Below are positions 19,196 to 28,196 of a DNA stretch of 64,000 nucleotides, one piece after another. The stretch is from Nitrosopumilus sp. Its GTDB lineage: Archaea; Thermoproteota; Nitrososphaeria; Nitrososphaerales; Nitrosopumilaceae. Positions within the stretch are counted from its first letter, which is position 1; each line of letters begins with the position of its first letter. The position numbers were made by a program, and so were the translations under genes. The DNA lies in assembly GCA_965206745.1 (NCBI GenBank), contig OZ242220.1:960001-1024000 (forward strand), written 5' to 3'. The notes beneath the pieces are model-generated. The model was not told the origin of the DNA. It saw nothing but the letters and a program-made list of their open reading frames with translations, and ran no database searches.

Positions 19196-21442
19196 TTAGT
19201 AGATGTCCTCATGCGCAAGATTTCCATTTTTATCATAGAAAGATCTATGTGTACCATCTTCACGATAATGTAATTCTGATTTCAAAGTCCCATCTTCATA
19301 ATAATCCTTAAAAGATGCCCTTTTACCATTTTCATCATAATGTAATTCGGATTCCAAAGTTTCATCTTCATAATAAAGGTTCAAAGATTTCGATTCACCA
19401 TTTTCATGATATAGCGATTCGATGGATATTTGTCCATTCTCATGATAATCCACGTGAATTATGACTTTTCCATTCTCGTCAAGTCTATATTCCCTCCTTA
19501 TTTCTCCGTCCCCATAATATTCGATTTCAAACATTACATTTCCTCCCTCATAATATTGTCTTTCGCCATGTCCCTCAGACCCACCCTGTCTGCCATCATC
19601 ATAGTATTCTAACTGTTTTTTCAGCGTTCCATCGTCATAATATTCGTGATGTAATCTTATATTTCCATTTTCATGATACCATGTTTTAGGCTCATGGTTG
19701 GGTAATGTGTAACTATCCAATGGCGTAAGGGTACCATTTTCATCATAATCAAACACATATTGACCATCTTCATAATAATCCATTACACGATATATTTGTC
19801 CGTTAGCATCATAATCTATGTTTGATTTCTCATTTCCATTTTCATAATAGATTATTTCGTGGTAAAGGTAGCCATTCCTATCATATTCTTTGTAAAGTTT
19901 ATAATTCCCATTTTCATGATAATCCTTTAAAGATATCCTTTTACCAGTTTCATCATAATGTGATTCTGATTTCAAGATCCCATCTTCATAATATCTCTTA
20001 TCAAATTCCAATTTACGATTTTCATGATATATGGCTTCTGTACGTATTTGTCCATTCTCATAATAAGTTACATCAATTATGGGGGGCCCTTCATTCACAT
20101 CAAGTCTATATTCCCTCCTTATTTCTCCTCCCTCATAATACTGGATTTCAGACATTAGAGTTCCTTGCTCATAGTATTGTCTTTCGATATATCTGCCTGA
20201 CGTATCATGTCTGGCATCAGGATATTCTAATTGCTTTTTCATTGTTCCATCCTCATGATATTCTTCGTATAATTTCACATTTCCATTGCTCAAATACCAT
20301 GTTTTAGGCTCATGGTTGGATGATGGGGTGTAACTATATCCTAGCACAAGGTTGCCATTTTCATCATAAGAATGCAGATAGTGATCTTCATAATTACCCG
20401 TTGAAATATCTACTTTCCCATTAGAATTATAAGATATGTATGATCTCTCATCTCCATTTTCATGATAGAGTGTTTCTTTGGCGATGCTGCTATCCCTATC
20501 ATACTCTTTGTAAAATTTATAATTCCCATTTTCATGATATTGTATCTCTTTTTCTAGTTGTCCGTTCTCATGATATTCTATGAGTGTTGTACTTTGTCCA
20601 TTCTCATCATATTGATATTTTCCTTGCAGTTGTCCATTAGGGTAATACTCAACGTGTGACATCAATTGTCCATTGTCATACCATTGCTTTTCTACACTGA
20701 TAGTTTCACCATTATATTCTGTCTTCTTTTTCTTTTGTCCATCTTCATAATATTCTTCACGTATTTCCAAACTTCCATCCTCATAATACCATTCCATAGA
20801 TTCGTTGTTGGTTGATGACATGTCTGGGAAGTTGTTTGTTTGAGATACAGATACTACATTAAATTCCATGATAGAAGATGTAGCTGGCTGTACCGTTGGT
20901 TCTACTATTGGCTGTACAGCTGGCTGAGTGACAGGTTCTACGGCTGGCTGTACCGTTGGTTCTACTATTGGCTGGGTTACTGGCTGCACTATTGGCTGGG
21001 TTACTGGCTGCACTATTGGCTGGGTTACTGGCTGCACTATTGGCTGGGTTACTGGCTGCACTATTGGCTGGGTTACTGGCTGCACTATTGGCTGTACAGC
21101 TTTGGGCACGGTGACAAGTTCTAGTTTAGTTTCTGGCGATATTTTGTGTAATTTTAATTTGATTTTGACAAACTCAGATTTCACACCTTTATTCTCTGAT
21201 TCTAGACTGCTGATGACATCATCATCCCATAGTTTGTATTTTTGCATATAATTCTTGTATTCAGCCACATAATCTTCATATTTTTCCACATATTTTCGGT
21301 ATTCTTCTACATAGGCTTTGTATGATTGCACATAATCATCCCATCTCTGTATAATGTCGCCATAATTTTGAGCATAAGATGATCCTAGACCTGTTGAAGC
21401 AACTAGAATTAATGATATTGTTAACAGAATGATTTTATTCAA
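19196..21442 (-). CDS. Secreted MORN-variant (YwqK-like) repeat protein with Tyr-heptad coil and Pro/Gln/Thr stalk
   Basis: Signal peptide; many Y(Y/H)ENG repeats; QPVTQPIV repeats; TTG start. Confidence 0.85.
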   Translation of the reverse strand: MNKIILLTISLILVASTGLGSSYAQNYGDIIQRWDDYVQSYKAYVEEYRKYVEKYEDYVAEYKNYMQKYKLWDDDVISSLESENKGVKSEFVKIKLKLHKISPETKLELVTVPKAVQPIVQPVTQPIVQPVTQPIVQPVTQPIVQPVTQPIVQPVTQPIVEPTVQPAVEPVTQPAVQPIVEPTVQPATSSIMEFNVVSVSQTNNFPDMSSTNNESMEWYYEDGSLEIREEYYEDGQKKKKTEYNGETISVEKQWYDNGQLMSHVEYYPNGQLQGKYQYDENGQSTTLIEYHENGQLEKEIQYHENGNYKFYKEYDRDSSIAKETLYHENGDERSYISYNSNGKVDISTGNYEDHYLHSYDENGNLVLGYSYTPSSNHEPKTWYLSNGNVKLYEEYHEDGTMKKQLEYPDARHDTSGRYIERQYYEQGTLMSEIQYYEGGEIRREYRLDVNEGPPIIDVTYYENGQIRTEAIYHENRKLEFDKRYYEDGILKSESHYDETGKRISLKDYHENGNYKLYKEYDRNGYLYHEIIYYENGNEKSNIDYDANGQIYRVMDYYEDGQYVFDYDENGTLTPLDSYTLPNHEPKTWYHENGNIRLHHEYYDDGTLKKQLEYYDDGRQGGSEGHGERQYYEGGNVMFEIEYYGDGEIRREYRLDENGKVIIHVDYHENGQISIESLYHENGESKSLNLYYEDETLESELHYDENGKRASFKDYYEDGTLKSELHYREDGTHRSFYDKNGNLAHEDIY
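19303..20539. repeat. Tandem internal duplication of about 618 bp (206 aa) in the MORN gene
   Basis: aattcccattttcatgata at 19903 and 20521; NHEPKTWY and GEIRREYRLD each occur twice. Confidence 0.9.
20965..21084. repeat. 24-bp coding VNTR, 5 perfect copies plus degenerate flanking copies
   Basis: ctattggctgggttactggctgca at 20965, 20989, 21013, 21037 and 21061. Confidence 0.95.
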
Positions 21443-22063
21443 TAAATTTGAATGGTATGTTGTATTAAAAGACTTGCGAAGTATTGAGACGTTCTTATGA
21501 GAAGTCTAGTCGGTTTTGAAAACAAGTTCTAATCTAGCTCCAGGGTTTGTGCTGTTAGTTCTCATTATGACAAACCTCGTTGTTTATTTCCTTACTCTAT
21601 TGCGATTGTATCAAGTTGTCTATTCTCATAACAAGTGATTTTTAATTTTGGTTGTCCGTTTTCATAATGGCCAAATTTTACTACCGATTATTTGGCCTCA
21701 CGGGATTTATCTGATTTTAGATGCCCAGTCTCATCTATGTGGAAATCATCAAAATTAGGTTATTTATGATCAAAATCTGATCAATATCTCGAAACGACCA
21801 GTCCGTTCAAGATGGAAAATACAGGGATACTGATTTCCCTCATACACCAACTTGATGAAAATGAGTGTTCCAGGCTATTTTTTCCACATCAAAGCACACA
21901 TTTACCAATCGCCAGCCAGTCATACTGCTAACTCGGATGATATGAGCCAAAAAAGTCACACATGTCTTTTACTCAAGGGCTTCAAGATACCGACTAGATC
22001 ACAGACAAATTCGGCCTGCAACCACCCCCATAAAATCCAGTAAAATCTCTTCTAGATGCAGAG

Positions 22064-22137
22064 TGCCGCGGGCATGATTTGAACAAGCGACAGCCCGGTC
22101 TTCAGCCGAGTGCTCTCCCAGGCTGAGCTACCGCGGC
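22064..22137 (-). tRNA. tRNA-Phe (GAA)
   Basis: GCCGCGG TAGCTCAGCCTGGGAGAGC ACTCGG CTGAAGA CCGGG CTGTC GCTTG TTCAAAT CATGC CCGCGGC A cloverleaf; no encoded CCA. Confidence 0.95.
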
Positions 22138-22166
22138 ACTTAGAAAAAATAAACCCTATTGAGGAA

Positions 22167-22718
22167 TTAAAGTTTGTCTTTTCGGATCTTCCAATGGATA
22201 TCCTCTCTGTTTCTCCGTTTATTGATTAAACGGCCCATTACGAAAAACAAGTCCGATAACCTATTGAGGTATTTGATGCAATTGGAGTTAATTTCGTCTT
22301 TTTCACTTAGTTTGACTGCTTGAGACTCTGCCCTCCTCACAACAGTCCTTGCATAATGCAATTGTGCGGCAGGGGGCTCCCCTCCAGGCAAAATGAAATT
22401 AGTTAACGCAGGCAACTCTGACTCGAAACTATCAATGTGTCGTTCCAATCTTTCTATCATCTCTAGAGAAACCCTGTTTCTTGTATCATTCAGATTGGGG
22501 TTTGAGAGATCCGCCCCAACTAGGAATAGGTCATTTTGAATCTCCGTTAAAACACCACTCACATCAGCATCCAGTGGATTTGCCAAGACCATGCCAAGGG
22601 CGGCATTTGCCTCATCTACCATGCCATACGAGGCAATTCTCGGATGGGACTTTTCAATTCTGTAATTTCCTTGCAAGTCTGTATTCCCATCATCACCTTT
22701 TTTGGTGTATATTTTCAT
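22167..22718 (-). CDS. PduO-type ATP:cob(I)alamin adenosyltransferase
   Basis: KIYTKKGDDGNT, FILPGG, RTVVRRAE, YLNRLSD. Confidence 0.93.
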   Translation of the reverse strand: MKIYTKKGDDGNTDLQGNYRIEKSHPRIASYGMVDEANAALGMVLANPLDADVSGVLTEIQNDLFLVGADLSNPNLNDTRNRVSLEMIERLERHIDSFESELPALTNFILPGGEPPAAQLHYARTVVRRAESQAVKLSEKDEINSNCIKYLNRLSDLFFVMGRLINKRRNREDIHWKIRKDKL

Positions 22719-22807
22719 AATTTTATTGTTTTAGGATTGCTATTATGTTATTCGGAATCAAAGTATATGAAAATTCATTAGGAGACGGTTCTATATGTAA
22801 TGTAGAT

Positions 22808-23341
22808 ATGATAACAGATTTTTTTAAAACTGCAATTAATCTGAAAAAGGTCCAAAGGCAGGGATGGATCAACAGACTATCCATAGATGGTGTCGAATCT
22901 GTTGCAGATCACTCCTACTCCATGGCCGTAATGGGGATGGTCATATCTGACCTGGAAGATTGTGATTCTGAAAAAATACTCAAAATGATACTGCTGCATG
23001 ATTTAGCAGAATCCAAGATAGGGGATTACACCCCTGGTCAAATCGCGCCCGAAAGGAAGAAAGAGCTGGAAAATGATGCCTTTATCGAAATTCTGTCAAG
23101 TCTGCCTGATTCAATAAAATCACAATATGGGGAGATTTGGCAAGAATATCAAAGCAAGAGTTCCCACGAATCCCTAGTGGTACACGAATTAGACCTGCTA
23201 GAGATGGCACTGCAGGCCAAATCATATCAGACAGAGGGGCACTCCAAAGAAAAGTTGGAACTCTTTTTTGAATCTGCAAAAAACGGCATCAACAGTCCGA
23301 AATTAAAAGAGATATTTAGAAACATTATGGCTGATAAATAA
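22808..23341 (+). CDS. HD-domain phosphohydrolase (HDDC2/YfbR-like)
   Basis: RQGW, ESVADHSY, LHDLAE, D-x-LEM. Confidence 0.9.
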   Translation: MITDFFKTAINLKKVQRQGWINRLSIDGVESVADHSYSMAVMGMVISDLEDCDSEKILKMILLHDLAESKIGDYTPGQIAPERKKELENDAFIEILSSLPDSIKSQYGEIWQEYQSKSSHESLVVHELDLLEMALQAKSYQTEGHSKEKLELFFESAKNGINSPKLKEIFRNIMADK

Positions 23342-23568
23342 TGGCATCAGAATCTGAAAAAGATGAATTAATTGATGCCCAAAAACAGGTGATAGGGATC
23401 TTGTTTGAGGTGATTAAAAGACTGCAGGCAAACAATGATCTGGATGAAGAATACTTTCAAATCATATCCAGTGATACTCAAAACGATTCCCGCATTAGAG
23501 AGATAACAGATGAGAGGACAGAAAATGCCAAGATTGTAGGCAGATTGCTAGAGCAGTTGAAGACCTAA
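23341..23568 (+). CDS. Hypothetical protein
   Basis: TAATG coupling with the HD gene. Confidence 0.8.
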   Translation: MASESEKDELIDAQKQVIGILFEVIKRLQANNDLDEEYFQIISSDTQNDSRIREITDERTENAKIVGRLLEQLKT

Positions 23569-23570
23569 TT

Positions 23571-23864
23571 TTAGCAACCGCAGTCATCATCGGAGATAAT
23601 CCTCAGATGTGCTGTCTGCTGGTACTTGTCTTGAACATAGTTTGCAAGATTTACGATTCTGATTCTAGGCTCCCTAGTTGTCCAGTTCCCCTCATTCTCA
23701 AACCAAAACTCTATCTCATCAAGGTCGTACCGCTCATTTTTTTCAACAAGTTCCTTGAAAATTGACTTGATTTGATCAGTCTCTGATTCTGAAAGTCGGG
23801 ATTTATCCTCAACCATCGTGGTAATCTCGTTTAACTTGATTATGACGTTGTTTGTTAGGGGCAT
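23571..23864 (-). CDS. Hypothetical protein
   Basis: 97-aa ORF ending DDDCGC. Confidence 0.8.
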   Translation of the reverse strand: MPLTNNVIIKLNEITTMVEDKSRLSESETDQIKSIFKELVEKNERYDLDEIEFWFENEGNWTTREPRIRIVNLANYVQDKYQQTAHLRIISDDDCGC

Positions 23865-23937
23865 GCCTCTCTAACTTGAGGATTCTATACAAGTCTTTAG
23901 AGGCAAAATTGTTATAGCAACTGCGTCATTGTGAATT

Positions 23938-24285
23938 ATGCAGTATTTTCAGGCTTTAAAATTGGGCCAGAAAAGGGTGGCAGAGGCCAGAGAGTACCTC
24001 AACACTTTGACAAACGGTAAGGCGATGCCTGCGTTGGCTTTGACAGATACAAAATCCAACGTGTGGGCCCCAGTAGGCGAGGAGAATCTCTATGCATTTG
24101 TAGATGAATCTGCCGGTTTTGTACTGACAGATAGTAGCGGATACATTCTTGCATTGGTGGATAAAACAGGATCCTCGAAAACAATAGTTCAAGGCGTGAC
24201 TAGCAAGCAAAAAGAGATACTGGAAAAGGCACTCCAAAGGGACAATATACCAAAATTCGAAGGCAAGGTAATCCTGCCTGTGTAG
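23938..24285 (+). CDS. Hypothetical protein
   Basis: 115-aa ORF with TTATA upstream. Confidence 0.8.
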   Translation: MQYFQALKLGQKRVAEAREYLNTLTNGKAMPALALTDTKSNVWAPVGEENLYAFVDESAGFVLTDSSGYILALVDKTGSSKTIVQGVTSKQKEILEKALQRDNIPKFEGKVILPV

Positions 24286-24336
24286 GCTCAGAAAAAAAAC
24301 GTAAGCTTTAGTTATGATATAGTTTATCAGTATTAA

Positions 24337-25560
24337 ATGAACAAATTTTCTCAAGAAATTGAGGTTGAAGGTCATCTCATCGACTCTTCAATTTTGACTA
24401 AGATCTTTGATAAAATAATGGATTTGAAGGGAGAGTTTGAGGTACAAGAGATACAGATAGGCAAAAAGAAGAAGGAGCAGTCATTTGCACGGCTATCAAT
24501 TACGGGGAAAAACCAAAGACACCTGGATGAAATTTTAGAGACAGTCTACAGGCTAGGGGCCGTATCAAAGATACAACAGCAGATCACTCTGAAAAAATCC
24601 CCAAAAAAATTTGTAATGCCTGATAATTTTTACAGTACGACAAATAACCAGACACAGGTTTTTCATAACGGAAGATGGATCCCAGTCGAGAACATGATGA
24701 TGGATAAATGCATAGTGGTTAAAGGAAGCAGGGCATTTTGTGTTCCAGTCAGGGACGTGAAAAAAAATGATCAAATCATCGTGGGCGAAAAAGGAATCAA
24801 AATTACCCCACCTGAACGCCCAAGGGATGGCGTCAATGTCTTTGAATTCATGGCAAGCTCAAGCTCCAGCGAAAGACCAACGCAGCACATTGCAAAGCAG
24901 GTTGCAGACGATATTTACAATACAAAAAAGAGGGGCGGAAAGATTGTGATAGTTGGCGGTCCTGCAATTGTCCACACGGGTGCTGATGATTCCGTATCAG
25001 AATTGATACGGCTAGGGTATGTCGACGGAGTCTTGGCTGGAAATGCGCTAGCCGTCCATGATATTGAATATGCCACGCTAGGCACGTCCCTAGGAATGAA
25101 TGTGCATGATGCCACGCTGGCATACCACGGTCACAGAAACCATATGGATACCATCAATGCGGTATTCAAAGCAGGCTCCATTGCCAACATGGTCAAAACC
25201 AAGAAGCTGACCAAGGGGATCATGTACGAGTGCGTGAAAAACAAAATTCCATTTGTACTGGCCGGTTCCATCAGAGACGATGGTCCGCTGCCTGATGTAA
25301 TTACGGATGTCGCCGAAGCTCAAAGAGAGTACAAAAAGGTGCTAAAGGATGCAAGCATGGTAATAATGATTTCAACTATGCTTCATTCAATTGCAACTGG
25401 AAACATGCTTCCGGCAAATGTCAAAGTCATCGTGGTCGATATCAGCCAGCCTACAGTTACCAAGCTAATGGATAGGGGCACGTGGCAAGCCCTGGGAATA
25501 GTATCTGACGTGGGGGCCTTTTTGCCAATGGTCGCACAGCAGATTAGGAAAAAAAAGTAA
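24337..25560 (+). CDS. TIGR00300 family (LOR/SDH, ornithine cyclodeaminase-related) protein
   Basis: EGHLIDS, FYSTTN, GNALAVHDIE, GSIRDDGPLP, HSIATGN. Confidence 0.9.
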   Translation: MNKFSQEIEVEGHLIDSSILTKIFDKIMDLKGEFEVQEIQIGKKKKEQSFARLSITGKNQRHLDEILETVYRLGAVSKIQQQITLKKSPKKFVMPDNFYSTTNNQTQVFHNGRWIPVENMMMDKCIVVKGSRAFCVPVRDVKKNDQIIVGEKGIKITPPERPRDGVNVFEFMASSSSSERPTQHIAKQVADDIYNTKKRGGKIVIVGGPAIVHTGADDSVSELIRLGYVDGVLAGNALAVHDIEYATLGTSLGMNVHDATLAYHGHRNHMDTINAVFKAGSIANMVKTKKLTKGIMYECVKNKIPFVLAGSIRDDGPLPDVITDVAEAQREYKKVLKDASMVIMISTMLHSIATGNMLPANVKVIVVDISQPTVTKLMDRGTWQALGIVSDVGAFLPMVAQQIRKKK

Positions 25561-25706
25561 CCAGGACACATGCAATAGCTGCAATCTGCCAAAAGGGCAA
25601 CCAGATGGGCTTTGCCAATATGGTCTGCCTCATTTTTGTAACTTGGCCAGTCTCCCTGCTGAAAGCACGATGAAAAGCAAGAACTTGTCTGGCATCTCTT
25701 GATTGC

Positions 25707-26399
25707 CTATCTCTGATTGTTTTTTACAGATCTTCGAGCTTCGATATATGTATAGGACAAAATCCCCACAATCTCCATGGATTCAATCAAAAATACGGTG
25801 GTAAAATGAAGTGCCCAGCCACCTGTCAAATCATCTGCTAGGGAGACATATGCAGCCCAAGAGACGGGATCAAGTATGGGCATAAAGAATACTGCAGTGA
25901 AACCTGTGATTATTGTTTCAGGCGGTATCTTTGCATATTGGTCTAGTATCAGGTCTGGTTCTAATGTGTCCTGGGATGATAGCATGCCTAATATCTCTTG
26001 AAGTGGCTCCAACCCCTCCACATTCTGTAAATCAGTCGGATTGGATATCAAATGGATCACTTTTTCATTTGACTGGGCAAGGTTGATGCCAAACACCACA
26101 GAGGCGTTAAGATAGATCATCATGCCAATCATAAAATAGCTAAAGATTCTTCGTTTACCCTTGTGTACGCGCGTTATTGACTTCCAATAGGTCCGTCCAA
26201 ACCAGCCCAACTTGTTCTTCTTTGACAATATGACAAGGGTGATGACAATAATGGAGATTAATCCAAACGAGCCAAACCAATTATCAGATATTAAATTATA
26301 AAATATCAGACGCACAGGCAAAAAGATCCCCACCATCACAATCACCACTACAAGATCTTCAAAGATGCTTTTGATTTTGGACACTAGTTGCAGATTCAT
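25707..26399 (-). CDS. Hypothetical membrane protein
   Basis: Several hydrophobic segments. Confidence 0.8.
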   Translation of the reverse strand: MNLQLVSKIKSIFEDLVVVIVMVGIFLPVRLIFYNLISDNWFGSFGLISIIVITLVILSKKNKLGWFGRTYWKSITRVHKGKRRIFSYFMIGMMIYLNASVVFGINLAQSNEKVIHLISNPTDLQNVEGLEPLQEILGMLSSQDTLEPDLILDQYAKIPPETIITGFTAVFFMPILDPVSWAAYVSLADDLTGGWALHFTTVFLIESMEIVGILSYTYIEARRSVKNNQR

Positions 26400-26767
26400 T
26401 TTTAATTATTTCCTGTGTTAATCATACTTGCTGTATTTTGTACATCCCAAAATATGCCGGATAGAGGGACAGCAAATATTGCCCGGTTCACAACAAAACA
26501 TCATCTGATATCCTACTAAATGTATTGCAAAATCCCATGCCCTGCCTGCTTTACTGCCTGTTTGAAATAGAGGACAGTTCTGATATTGCCCAAAATATAA
26601 TGGGAGATTCTCAGATCAGGTTGCTGTCTATAGTCATTTACGAGATAGACATGCAGACAAAAGGTAGATTTTGCTAGAGAAGTACAATCTGGAGGAGGAT
26701 AATCTGTACAAAAGAGACAGTCAGAGAAAAGAGTTATTTCAGAAGGGTTCTCAGAATCAAGATTGGG

Positions 26768-28150
26768 TTAACTTGGGGCGATCATGGAACTTTTTTTAGC
26801 TTCCAATTCTTCTAACGAGTTTTTTTGAAGATTTCCAAAGAACTCTGCAATCATATCAATGCCTGCCACAACCTTTGGGGCATTGTTTTTTACAAATTCA
26901 AGTTTTTCAGAATGAGACTTTGGCCTGCTTTGAAGGTATTGCTGGTATGTTTTGGCCCCATCATAGTCAACATATGCAATTCTTGCACTAAAGTCAGTCC
27001 TTTCCAAAACAAGGCTGTCCCCGCCCACAATTGCAGTGTGGTAAGGGTGCAAGATTAGTGATTCAGATAACTTTTGGGATGTGGTGATCTTGGCTTTGTG
27101 TAAATCAGGTGCAAACGAGTTAAAGTCAGCCAAGAGATAAAACGTTGCATCAGGTCTTGTCGCCTTAACCCCCTCGATGGCAGTTAAAGCATGGTATGTA
27201 TAGTCGCCCATAATCTGATGAATGCTTCGTGTCACCTCAAAATACTCGTCCATCTCTTTGCTTATCTCAAATCCTGCAACGGCAGCATGCTGTATTGGTG
27301 TTGATACGGCAGTATATTCAGTTGCAAGTATTTTTTTGAATTGCAGTTTCAGATCTACTGCATGCTGTGGAAATATAACATAGCCTAACCTGTAGCCGCC
27401 GGCAGCATGTGATTTTGACAGACCGTTTGTAACAAACGTTCCTTCAGGATAGATCTTTCCCATGCTAACAAATTTTGAAAAGTCATACGTGGTAAGCGCA
27501 TAAATTTCATCGGAGATAACGGTGATGTTCTGCTCTCTGCACACGTCTGCAATCTCCTCTAACTCCAATCTATCATACAATAGTCCCGTAGGGTTGTGAG
27601 GATTGTTTAGTATCAAAATCTTTTGTCGGTCTTGCAGTCGTAGCGCTAGTTTTCTCAGGTCACTTGGAGAGATCTTTTTATTGGCACGGGTAGGCAGCAT
27701 GTGATAGTTTTTTTTGAGAAACCTGATTTGTGGAAGGTATCCAAGCCATGCAGGGGTCGGCAAAATGACGGTACCATGCAAAACCTCCAACAGGTTGAAG
27801 ATTAGTTCTTTGGTTCCAGGTCCAACATAGATTCGCTGAGGTGCTATGTCCATGTCAAAATAATGCTTGTTGTATTTTGATATGGCAATTCTTAATTCCG
27901 GAATTCCAGGAACCGCAGCATATGCCCCCTTGTCGGCATTTCGAACTAACGCCTCTTGAATCAATTTGGGTACGGGGAATGGGGATTGGCCAAACGCAAA
28001 ACCGTAGAACCCGAAATGGCATTCAGGGCTTGGGCAGTCAGAGTGAAATTCCTGCAAAAACGTGTTTAATTTCAGGTTCTCAGGCATCTCGATGTCCTCC
28101 ACCTGCTGATCAACTATAAACTTCAATGATGTATCTAATCCAGATTCCAA
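26768..28150 (-). CDS. PLP-dependent aminotransferase class I/II
   Basis: NNPHNPTG, SDEIY, GLSKSHAAGGYRLGY. Confidence 0.92.
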   Translation of the reverse strand: MESGLDTSLKFIVDQQVEDIEMPENLKLNTFLQEFHSDCPSPECHFGFYGFAFGQSPFPVPKLIQEALVRNADKGAYAAVPGIPELRIAISKYNKHYFDMDIAPQRIYVGPGTKELIFNLLEVLHGTVILPTPAWLGYLPQIRFLKKNYHMLPTRANKKISPSDLRKLALRLQDRQKILILNNPHNPTGLLYDRLELEEIADVCREQNITVISDEIYALTTYDFSKFVSMGKIYPEGTFVTNGLSKSHAAGGYRLGYVIFPQHAVDLKLQFKKILATEYTAVSTPIQHAAVAGFEISKEMDEYFEVTRSIHQIMGDYTYHALTAIEGVKATRPDATFYLLADFNSFAPDLHKAKITTSQKLSESLILHPYHTAIVGGDSLVLERTDFSARIAYVDYDGAKTYQQYLQSRPKSHSEKLEFVKNNAPKVVAGIDMIAEFFGNLQKNSLEELEAKKSSMIAPS

Positions 28151-28196
28151 TTATAGATAAAACGTGAAATAGAAAATATCAAAGAGTTAGATTTTA

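Noticed and set aside
20881-21100. 24-bp repeats as a CRISPR array
   Set aside because: Repeats are contiguous, have no spacers, are in frame within a CDS, and no cas genes are present
19196-22137. Complete DGR or integrated provirus at tRNA-Phe
   Set aside because: No reverse transcriptase, separate template repeat, integrase or duplicated tRNA 3' end in the window
25561-25706. Cys-containing minus-strand frame
   Set aside because: No convincing start, and it runs antisense into the TIGR00300 gene
26400-26767. Short ORFs and a weak direct repeat (gaggacag...atattgccc)
   Set aside because: Too short and degenerate, with no recognisable product
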